In this document: piece after piece, positions 1 through 9,981 of the stretch
How the letters are laid out: each line of letters opens with the position of its first letter
How positions within the stretch are numbered: the stretch's first letter is position 1
Assembly: GCA_026025075.1 (NCBI GenBank)
Contig: JAPEUI010000055.1
Coordinates: forward strand, 1-64,000
Direction of reading: 5' to 3'
Length of the DNA stretch: 64,000 nucleotides
Source of the DNA: Vezdaea acicularis
Lineage: Eukaryota
Translations under genes and position numbers: made by a program
Notes under the pieces: model-generated
Database searches by the model: none
The model's input: only the letters and a program-made list of their open reading frames with translations
Told to the model about the DNA's origin: nothing

Positions 1-850
1 CCCCTTTCTTACACCGAATGACGAACCCCTCAACGTCCATCCCATTCCAAGCTCCTGTCTCCGCAACACCCTCCAGAAAACTTCGAACATCGAAAATATT
101 ATCTTTGACAAGATAAAAAGTCTTTCTAAAGCCCCATGCTTCTGCAAACGAGTCCACAAGTGGGCCCGGGTATGTCGTAAACTCCAAAACATTCAAGTTG
201 ATCCCATGTAAGTAAATGCCAGCACGCTCTGCACCGTACGCCAGAATGTGCTCCTCGAAGGTATCATCACACAGCTCGCCTACAGCGGTTACGTTTCTCC
301 GTCTCAGCTCTCGAGCGAGCTCCGCCCGAGTCCTTCCCACGGATGCCAGATGTCGGTCCACCCACCTCTCCCCAGCTTTGGCATGGCTGAGATCAGCATC
401 TTCACGGGCGCCAGTAGAGTGCTTACTGCACACCAGGAGAGTATCATCGGCGAGACCGGAAATGAAGATGATACATCCATTCTCCTTGAGGCTCAGCTCA
501 TAAGGTCCACGGGTCTTGGTCTCAATATTCCTCCATTGGGTGTCGTTCGTCTCGTCAACATTGAAGAACTTGTCGTAACCACGGACGGCAATCTCGGGCC
601 GTCCGTTGTGATTATGGGTGAAGAATCCTCGCGCATAAGTAGGGAGATCATGGCGTTTATAGTCCCAATCGTTCAAGCGCCATGAATCCACGGTGAGGCC
701 GTTAGGGCTATCAGTAGCGAACGTCGACTTTTTACATTTGAAAGTTCCTCTTTCTGTTCCTCGTTTTGTTCCCCGCTCCAGGCCGGCCACGACTTGGGCG
801 ACCTCTTTGGAATCTTGGGGAACATACGGAGCTTGAAGCTGATGTGCCAT
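1..850 (-). CDS. TRL1: fungal tRNA ligase, N-terminal ligase domain (partial, runs off the window start)
   Basis: Minus-strand translation from the ATG at 850 (absent from the ORF track, presumably because no stop falls in the window): MAHQLQAPYVPQD...VDSWRLNDWDYKRHDLPTYARGFFT...IAVRGYDKFFNVDE...GPYELSLKENGCIIFISGL. This includes nucleotidyltransferase motif I (KENG). Confidence 0.93.
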   Translation of the reverse strand, partial: MAHQLQAPYVPQDSKEVAQVVAGLERGTKRGTERGTFKCKKSTFATDSPNGLTVDSWRLNDWDYKRHDLPTYARGFFTHNHNGRPEIAVRGYDKFFNVDETNDTQWRNIETKTRGPYELSLKENGCIIFISGLADDTLLVCSKHSTGAREDADLSHAKAGERWVDRHLASVGRTRAELARELRRRNVTAVGELCDDTFEEHILAYGAERAGIYLHGINLNVLEFTTYPGPLVDSFAEAWGFRKTFYLVKDNIFDVRSFLEGVAETGAWNGMDVEGFVIRCKKG

Positions 851-1413
851 TGTGAAGCGAGGTGGCAAGGGACTAGAAGTCGTCGAAAATGCCGTCGCAG
901 GCTAAAGCTACTGGTGGGCAATATGGGGTTCCAGCAGAGGCTTGAACATTTTGCTGAACGGAAATGTGCACCTCGAAGATTTATATAGAACCCCAGGCCT
1001 GCCTGCAGTGTTGTGTTGATTAAGAGTCACCTCAAGGAGGGTTTCTACTGAACCATGCAGAATGCCTCGTATGCTATGACACATTTCGTCTGTTCGCCTA
1101 ACATTATACTTCAATCATAAAGTATTCTCTAGATAACACTTGTAACCAAAATCCTTATAAGTTAGTCTCGAAACACGAATGTATTGCCGTAGCAAGGCAC
1201 ACACTGGTCGAGACAATACCTGTCGACCTCGTACCTAGACTTTAGCACGAGGGTCACGGCTTTGCATCCTTACGTCGCATTCAAATGTCATCTCATTGGT
1301 TGGTTTTCTATCTAGCATATTGTAGTATAAGACCACTGAGTCATAGCCAAGCTAAATCGGAGGAAGCATGAAGCTACCGTATAAATCGTGTGTGCAGGAA
1401 ACTAGTATAAGGC

Positions 1414-1433
1414 CACCTCGCGACCGCGAGGTG
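1414..1433 (-). terminator. Helitron 3' subterminal hairpin (rolling-circle termination signal)
   Basis: 9-bp perfect GC-rich inverted repeat located 8 nt from the terminal CTAG. Confidence 0.88.
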
Positions 1434-1518
1434 AGGCGAGCGGTCACGTGATAGGGCACAAACGCTTAACGATAAATAATCATGATAATTCTGATCGATA
1501 TAACATACGAATAACAGC

Positions 1519-2276
1519 ATGTCTGCCCCCCGCGCCAGCTCCCTGCCCGCCGCCTCCGCCTCCGCCGAGCCCGAATCCGCCGCCGCAATGGCCTCAACCA
1601 ATCCTCCGGCCATTACGGCCTCTGCTACCTCCGCTGCTCCCGCCGGCGCCCCTCCCATCGCTGCCCCGTCCTTTCCGCCCATCCAGCCTGCCCCGCAGGC
1701 CGAATCCCCCAGCGCCCTCGCGACTCGGGCGGAGGCCCTTCCTGCGGGGCCTTCCGCCGCGATGACCGCTCTCGCCGCCCTCTCCTGAGTCCTGGGCATC
1801 GTCTTGCGGCCCTCGCGGGCCGTCAACTGGGCTCGCGGGGTCAATCAAGAGGCCGCCCTCGCCCAGACTTGCGGCGCCCCTCCTCCGACTCCCTGCGCCT
1901 CTTGCGCTCGAGGCGCAGGTCCCTTTACGACCTGCGTCGTAGTGGCAGAGCGGCTTGGCGGCTCATGCGCTAACTGCCACTACGGCAGCGAGGGAACCCG
2001 TTGTTCCCTCAGGGCCGTAAAAGCCTCTACGGCTTTTACGGCCGTAAATCGGCCTTGATGGGCCAGAAACGCCCGTAAGTAATCTTTTTTTTATGTTAAG
2101 GAACCGTATTAACCTGTTTAATAGCTATTCGGAATGGAGTTCCCTTTGAAGAGGTTAAAGCGAAGATTGCCGCCACTTTGCGGAAGTTAGCGGACTTGGT
2201 AGAGTCCGTTGGAGCCGGTAATCAGCCGGTAATTGAATTGAGTGATGATGAGGAGGAGGAAGAAGCTGAGGAATAG
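1519..2276 (+). pseudogene. Helitron-borne Cys6 zinc-binding protein (DUF3716-like), two exons, two premature stops
   Basis: ORFs 1519-1788 and 1804-2058 are in the same frame, interrupted by TGA at 1786 and 2056. A GTAAGT...TAAC...TAG intron (2075-2124) joins in frame to IRNGVPFEEVKAKIAATLRKLADLVE...DDEEEEEAEE*. Core motif: CASCARGAGPFTTCVVVAERLGGSCANCHYGSEGTRC. The DUF3716 assignment is from recall of the pattern. Confidence 0.72.
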
Positions 2277-2383
2277 ACAGTAGAAGAAATTGAATAGATT
2301 TACGGCCGTCAAATAAATGATGTTTCTCCTTATAGACTTTTAGACCCGGTAATGACTGCCGTATAATCCGCAAAATGCTGTTT

Positions 2384-5300
2384 TCATATTTGATTTGCCG
2401 AACGTAGCAAGACTTCAGGATAAACAATATTTTCGGTCTTGCCATCTCCTGTTTCGGACAATAATACCGTCAATCGTTCTAATGCGGTAACCCGAGACAG
2501 TGCAACATAGAGTTGACCGTGCGTAAAAGCTGAAGCTCGTAGGTCAATTCCGATTGTATCAAAAGATTGTCCTTGCGCTTTATTAACGGTCATAGCAAAG
2601 CATAACCGGATTGGAAATTGTTTATGGGTAAGAATAAACGGCAGTTCTTGCTCCGTAGTGGACAGTTTTATCCTTGGAAGAAGCCGCAATTGACCATCAA
2701 AATTGCCTCCTAACAATTGAGCCTCAATACACTTAACGCCCAGCTTTGTGATCACCAAACGGGTGCCGTTGCAAAGACCTTGCTTAGGATACAGGTTCCG
2801 CAAAAGAATAACAGGAGCTCCTATCCGTAAACGTAATATGGCCGGCGGTAATCCTGACGGGTTAAGACTTTGCAAGTACTCTGCAGGCAACTCATGTTGA
2901 CCGGTCTCATCTTCATTGATATCAGCCGTATCAATAGCATGATATTCCCGCAACTGTCCAGACATATCCGTTAAGAGTTTCTCGTTGAATTCCGCCACAG
3001 TATCGTTGCGCATTGACAGAATGGCTCGATTTTGAAATAAATTAGGGTTTAAATGAGCGTGAGCCAATATTGACGGAGGGTATAATTGATTGCAGAAGTC
3101 ATCTAATGACCGTAACTCCATGATGCCGGCGGGAAGATTTATACGTCCATTTAACGTGCGATCATAAGACATTGCGGCAATTCATTCCGCAAAATGTTGA
3201 TTGATCAACCCTTCTTGAATCCGCATATTCCGGTGTAAGAACAGTTTTTGCAATTGCGGCCAAATGAAAGAACGTTGCACGCAAGCTTGTACAGTTGCGG
3301 CACGATTGCCACGGCTTACTACCGGCAGTATTTGCGCAAAGTCACCCCCTAGTATGCATGGAATGCCGTCAAATAGATGAAAATCATCATTGCAAAGATC
3401 TGCTAACGTCCGATGGACTGCTTCAAAGCAATAACGATGTTGCATGGGTACTTCATCCCAGATGATGAGCGTTGTCTGCCGTAATAAGTCTGCAAGCTGC
3501 GTGGACTTGCCAATTGAGCAAATAGATAGCTCTTGTATGTTTATCGGTATCTTGAACATGAAATGCGATGTTCGTCCTCCAGGCAATAGTAATGCGGCAA
3601 TACCGGATGATGCCACACAAAGAACAACCTTATTCTGTGCCCAGTAATGATAGCATAGACATTTATAAAGAAATGTTTTACCAGTTCCGGCTGGTCCTTG
3701 AAGGAAAAAATGAGCAGACTGTGAATCAATGATAATTGCGGCTATAATAGTATCGTAACAACGCCGTTGGTCATTATTTAATTGCGTTTCTAGTATTTGC
3801 AGCTGTTGTCTCTGCTGAACGGGATCATATTGCAGCTCTGCTGCTAATAACGAATTTTCCAGGTGCAAACTCCAATTATGCTGATAGAAGGGCAGACAAA
3901 AGTGCGTTAAGGACTGTCCATGGTCCGCTAATGTTTGCTGGATCAAATACAACCCGTAATCCAGATGCGGATCAGGTATATCCGGCAGAACTCTTTCTTG
4001 ATGTGCTAGGTATCGGGGAAGATCATCGCATATCTGCGGACCAAATTGCTGGCATAATAACAATGGATCAGCTATACTTCCGTGCAGTAATACCGTTGTA
4101 AAAAGCGTACGGAGTGTATGTCCAGTTGAAAATACAACCGCCTCCCGAAAGCAGTCCATCCACTCTCGATCATCTTCTAAAAAGCCCATTGCCAAACATG
4201 CGGCCTGAAACGTAGAGTGTTGATGTTCTGCAATGGTCCGTAAATCTTCAAATGATCTTGCACCCCGGACAACAGTCAGTAATAGCCGCAGGTAAAATCA
4301 TTCTCCTGCAAACGGACTGCAATGATACAATCGACCAATGGCAAATCCTTTCTGGCGGGGCTGCCAACACCGTTCCTTTTGAAGAAATACGTAATGTGCC
4401 GGAAAATCCTGATATAAATAATTCCGACCATCTGCATGTTCTGCATTGTATTGAAAGTATGCCATCAATGTTGAACGGGCATTGTCTAACCGTTCACGGA
4501 TCTCTTCACGGGTGGCATCGGCATTAAAATATACCGGCTGCTCGTTAGGAAGATGAACCGCCAAACGCATGACCGGTGGACTTTCTTCATGGATTGGAAA
4601 CTCAAATAATCTCCAAGCAGCCTCTGACAAACCAATATATCGGCCTTGCAGGTACTGACGGATCTCATCATCTTCCGCTCCCAATACGACTATTGTTTTA
4701 TCCGGTCCTTTGTATATATACTTATGTATATATTTTACGGCTTGTATTGATGCGCAAACTTCCACATTAATGTGAGCCTGATATTTGCGAAGTAAATAAG
4801 GATTATACGGAATCACCCAACGGTTGTCCATTGCCATTGTTTGACCGTTACTGCCCGGAATAGGGATATCAAACGACCGTAAATCATCACGTCGTCGATA
4901 TAATGGATAACCATCAGCTTGCACTATAATTTCTGGCTGGAAAGTTCTTGGATACCGCTTGGCGCAAGATGATGGCCCGTCACCATGCCGTTTAGACATG
5001 CAAGGCGCTTTTGGAATCCCTAATCCGCAAGGTCCATGTATCATAACCGAGCGAACAATCTCTGACAGTTCTCCCGTTGGATTCCAGTTGGGTAACGGCA
5101 GTTCTGCGGACACAATCTGATCAATCCAGGCCGCGTCTATAAATTTATCATCTGGATGAATGAATAAAAGCAGATGCATATGCGGTAGACCCCGTTTTTG
5201 ATATTCAATGGTCCATACACACCCGCGATACCGGCCAAAGATGTGATTTGTCTTTAAATCCCAAAGCAAAGCCGCAATCTTCAATTGAAAAACACGCACC

Positions 5301-6820
5301 ACTAAATCAGGACGATCAATAGCCGTTTGACCAGGTAACAACTCCCGACGGATCTCATCCCATCGTGGATTAGCCGTAAAGGTAATAAAAAGATCCGGAC
5401 TACCAAAATGACGAACTATAGCCATTGAATCTTGAAAGCATTGTTGCATAAATCGATCTCCCCCTAAATGACTGGAAGGTAAAATAATTCGCCGGCCTAC
5501 GTCAGCCGGATTTACATCCTGCCGAGTCATGAGATCTGATAAACCATTGTATAAGTCCGCTCGAAGATTGCTTTGATTATAACGGATTCAATTCAGCTTG
5601 CATTAATCACATGCAGCCCAAGCGTCTACCAGATATTGCTGAAAAAGTCGGCAACCATAAAATAATACCGGATAATCTGCCGTACAACAATGTAAATAAT
5701 ATCGGTAGAACGCTCGTTGACTTAACCGTTCCCGTTGCCATGTGCGGTCTGTATTGCAAAGCCGTAAACTCCAGCACCATCCATGATCACCGTATGGAAA
5801 GAGTAACACATAATGTAACGGCATATAAGCAGCATGGCTAGGATCAATATGTTCTAGCATAGATCTTTGCAGGTCTAACGACCATCGAGCAAGAACAATA
5901 TCCCGGTAACAGGCCTGATCGTATTCCTCTGGAATAATTCCTGCAACTTCTTGAGCGGTTGGAAGATTTTCACGCCGTCGATCTGCTCCTGCTTCCATTA
6001 TCAATCGCATTTGCGGGTTAAGAAGTATTCGTTGCGGGTTAGGAGAAGCAGAAACGGTCTGTAATCGCTCGCGTGCTGTACGATAGATGGCAATATATGG
6101 ATTGACTTGATGTAACATCTCCGTCAACTCCCGTAAGGTTTGTTCATCCAGTTGCGGATTCCGTTCCTTGCGTATTTCAGTTGCATACGCAGGATCGTAG
6201 AAAAAAAGTTGGGCGTATCGAGGAGATTGGTTTTCCTCGGGCTGTAATGATCCTTGCAGATGGAATAGCTCGCCGTGAATCTGAAAACAGGTTGGCCCAT
6301 GACCGGTAGACACTCGTACATCTGGCGTATAGTGAAGGGCGGTAAATGCTAATGCAGCATTATATTGACGAAGATGTTCTCGGAAGTGACGGCCTTGCGG
6401 CTCCGTTGTTTCAAAAAGATGTTTCAAATAAGGCGGAAACCCTTTGAATGCCGGTAATACAACATCGCCCTTCTTGCAACAGATTTCATACCGCGGTTAT
6501 TCGGCTTTACTGTTAGTCATACGTTCATCAATCTAGTGCAAGGCGCCGCAATATTCACAAACATCATTCATGGGCCCCAAATCAAGCTTTTTGCATAAAT
6601 GCAGCTTGCTGATAAAACCGGCAGGCGTGGCAGGTGCTCGTCGAGGCCGCCTGCAGGGTTGCGGTACTGATGCAGTTATGACGGGTGCAGTAAGATCTGA
6701 TGCAACCGCAATCTCAGTTTGACGTTCAGCTGTCCGTGAAGGTGGTCGTTTTTGCCCAGATCGAGTCCGAGATGGAGGAATATTAGGATCAATGTCGGTT
6801 AACGGACGTTGACGTCGTAT
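2384..6820 (-). pseudogene. Helitron Rep/Helicase (HUH Y2 endonuclease plus PIF1-family helicase)
   Basis: One reading frame with six in-frame stops (6533, 6497, 5603, 5588, 4298, 3182) and no frameshift. Contains an N-terminal CxxC...H...CC zinc motif, Rep motifs PDLFITFTANP, EYQKRGLPHMH and YIHKYIYKG, and helicase motifs GPAGTGKT, IIWDE, GDFAQILP, KAQGQS and HGQLYVALSRV. The presumed start reads ATA at 6820. Confidence 0.95.
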
Positions 6821-7366
6821 ATTCTACGTAAAACATCAATGCACTGTCTGTGGATAATGTATAGCTCTTGGAAGATATTCATATTCATGGACAATGTTAC
6901 TTACCCGGCAGGAAGTGCAATTTCTATATGGCGCACCCAGACGATTAGTAGGAAAGTCCGTAGACGGACGATATGTCTTGCAACAGCTGCAAAACGTGAC
7001 GCTCGACGCCATGGCAGAAAGATACGGTGGATGCAGTAGGAAATATTTGCTGGCGATGGATATGCGGGAAGGTAAAGGGGAGGGAGAAGTGGGTCACGTG
7101 CCCGTAAACGTCGAGAGCCAATCGCTTAGGACGGTTACGGTCAAATTTCAGTATAATATAGATATAGATGCCATCAACATTGATATGCTCTGCGAGCCCG
7201 CTACTCGTAGCCTACCCATCCAGCCATAGCACCGTACAGCGCCAAGCAAAGATCTTAACGCCATGATACCGGCTTTTTAAACAGCAAATAAAGCAAGATT
7301 CATCGATCGTATATTCGCCTAGGATGTCGCAACTCGTCGTATCGTATTCGAAGGCATTTGCCGAGG

Positions 7367-9602
7367 TCACGGTAAACCCCGACCGAAATTGATGGCTTGA
7401 GCGACTTGAGAAGTGTCTGGCCGATTTTCTAGAGAACCACTCAGCCCCATGCATTGCAGCTGTACGTGACCGGAAAACTTACCTGCATAACGCTCATAAC
7501 TGTCAAGGTAGAGATCGTCCGTGCTCGTTGTCGCCTTTACACTCTCGTGTTTCTCGATTGCGTCCAACCAAAGACCCCAGCGGCTGCCTGCTTCGGGATC
7601 GGGCCAGGCGCGATACGGCTTCATCACACGAGTGAGCCGCAGCATCCAGGGTGCAAATTGAACATCCACAATGGAGATGGTCTGGCCGAGGAAAAAGGGG
7701 CCTTCAGGACTGCAGGCGTCCACGAGTTTTGATATCTCCGTCTTTAGTTCTTCTCGATGTTCCAGTTGCTTGTCCAACTCTTGTGCCTGCAGAACACGAT
7801 AGAAGCCTGGGATGATGTTTCGGTTGATCTGTGAGATGGTCAGTCAATGTCTGGTCTCTTCAAATCCAGAAGTTGACAAACATGATCTGACCACAGCCGG
7901 CAATGGGCGCGTAATTGGGGATTGTCAGGTGGGAGAAGAGGGCTGCCGATACCTAGATCCTCAAGCTATACATAAAATTAGTACAAGGAATGAGAATGGA
8001 AAGCCGCTATTCGTACATATTCAAGTAGTACCGTACTCTCGTAACAGCACCAGTTGCCATGTCGGAGGGCGGGCACCAAGCCCCGGGGGTTGACCTCGAG
8101 GAGAGACTCGGGCTTCTTGTACGGATCCACTTCGATGTACTGATAGGCTATGCCTTTTACCTCTAGAGCGATCCAGACTCGTTGTACGAAGGGACTACGA
8201 AGAAAAGAGAAGTGTCAGCGTCAAGTCCATATCATGTCACAAGAAACTTGCAGAAAGGACAGGAGAGCAGATTGAAAACGTACCAGAAGCAGCTGCCAAA
8301 CAACTTTAACTCGGCCTCCTTTGAATGCTTTCTCACAGTCGTGAGTGCAGTCCCGGTTGCTTTCTTGTGGTACGACTTCTGTTCCATCAAACGTCTGTCA
8401 GCTTTCTCCCTAGCCTTTCCGTCTAAGGGGTTAGGGCGTCCTACCTGTGTCTTCTTCCGCACCTTCTCCTCTTTCAGGAGGTGGCGCTGAACGCTATTCT
8501 TCTTGACCCGATCACTCTCCTCGAGGCTGTGTCTATGCGGCCCGTCGACTCCATCGCCTTTTCCATTTCCGTTATTCCCATTGACGCGCATGACTGTGTA
8601 GTACTTCTCCCCTGTGGCACCAGGGTGGTTCACTGGCAAGCTGTTATCTGGCGATAGAAGACTGTACTGCTGCCCTTGTTGGTGAGCTGAAGTTCCAGGC
8701 CGTCCCGAGCCGAGGAAGTTATTCGAATTATGATCAACACCGTCACCAAATCCATTCTGCGGAGAGGAAGAGGTGGCAAAATGTTCCGTTATCTTGATCT
8801 TGACGTCACATAGGTCACGTTGCCGAGCTGTTCGTTTCCGCTTCTTCTTGCTTGGATCTTCCGACTTGGGGGTTCCGGGTGGACGGCCCTTCAACCGACA
8901 GTCCCAGTAATGAGATATAAATGGCTGCCGCTTGTACTTTTGTGTAGATCGGTGGGAGTATATGTTATCCACATGTGGGAAATAAGTTCTGAATCTAAGA
9001 TACGTTGGATTGCGTTAGCCGGAAGATGCAAAAGCCATATAAGGAAGGGCATCATTAACATACTGATCCTCAGTTAGAACAATCGTCTCATTTACGTTGA
9101 ACAATTTTTGCCTCCATTCTTTGAGATTCGGGGGATCCGCGACCATCTTCATTGGCCCGAAGTGGCCTTCAGTCTTGCCATCCCCATCCGGAGATTGAAA
9201 GAGGTCCTGGTCCTGCTGTATGCTTTCCAGCGCATTGTGCTGTACGTGCGGTTGGCTTGCAAGTTGTGATCCGGGAGTTAGAATGCCGAATTGTCCACCA
9301 TCTCGATCTTGCTGCCGGTTCGGAGGAGTATGGGGCTGCGTATTTGGCTGGATTCGGTGCAGACGATGATTGCCGTTGAAGGCATTGGAAGGCTGTAGAT
9401 GGTGTCCATTCGCACTTTGACCGAGCTCTGCCTGTAGCTGCCGAAAGCCATTCGCAGCCGCATCGAGACCTTGAAGCTCGGCGTGAAGCTGTGAATCCAA
9501 CGGATGACGAGCGCCGTGATGGATTGCTTGCAAGGCGGTGGGCTGCAATTGCCTGAGGGCTGGGGGCAATTGCTGCTGGATAGCTGCGGCGGCGTCATCC
9601 AT
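7367..9602 (-). CDS. omega-like glutathione S-transferase with an N-terminal Gln/His-rich region and a WRKY/GCM1-like zinc domain (multi-exon)
   Basis: Spliced active site GSCFC|PFVQRVWIALE (intron 8283-8195), then VNPRGLVP, YESTVLLEY and GPFFLGQTISIVDVQFAPW. Upstream in-frame exons encode YWDCRLKG...RDLCDVKIKI...HRHSLEE. Confidence 0.85.
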
Positions 9603-9799
9603 CGCGATGAGGAAGCAGTGGTCGCGGAAGCAGTGGTGGCCGCCCTATCAAGAGATTTTCGCGCGATACCACAATCTGACGGGACGTCCAGCCCCTCGGC
9701 GGCATCCCCACGCTCGCGGTCTTCTCGTGTGGACCAAGCGAAGGGCCGATGCAAAAGAGGCGAGCAGATCACGTGCTGACTCGAGCGAAGATGACCACC

Positions 9800-9981
9800 C
9801 GCGCGGTCAGCAAAAAAGTTGGGACACCAAAAATTAGCGAGGTATCTATCCCACAAAATTGTGTGAGAGGGTACCTCGCTTCTAAACAAATGCAAGAGAG
9901 GTAAAGTACCTTACGACACTGATTTGGTGAGAAGGTACCTCGCTAAATTTTTGGTGTCCCAACTTTTCTGCTGACCGCGTG
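9800..9981. mobile_element. MITE with ~48-bp terminal inverted repeats and a 5-bp TSD (CCACC)
   Basis: Left end CGCGCGGTCAGCAAAAAAGTTGGGACACCAAAAATTAGCGAGGTATCT matches the reverse complement of the right end, CACGCGGTCAGCAGAAAAGTTGGGACACCAAAAATTTAGCGAGGTACCT. CCACC flanks both sides (9795-9799 and 9982-9986). No coding capacity. Confidence 0.85.

Larger units (their letters stand above)
1402..7168 (-). mobile_element. Helitron rolling-circle transposon, full length, inactivated
   Basis: The minus-strand 5' end is A|TCTATATCTATATTATAC at 7168 (alternative TC at 7162). The 3' end is a perfect hairpin CACCTCGCG-ac-CGCGAGGTG (1414-1433) followed by CTAG|T (1405-1402). It sits in an AT target with no TSD and contains a Rep/Helicase gene. 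Confidence 0.9.

Noticed and set aside
216..988. Plus-strand ORFs 216-503, 248-685 and 794-988
   Set aside because: They are shadows overlapping the minus-strand TRL1 frame.
1322..1335. GTAGTATAAGACCA resembling the Helitron 3' end CTAGTATAAGGCCA
   Set aside because: No CTRR terminus and no hairpin, so it cannot be supported as a second terminus.
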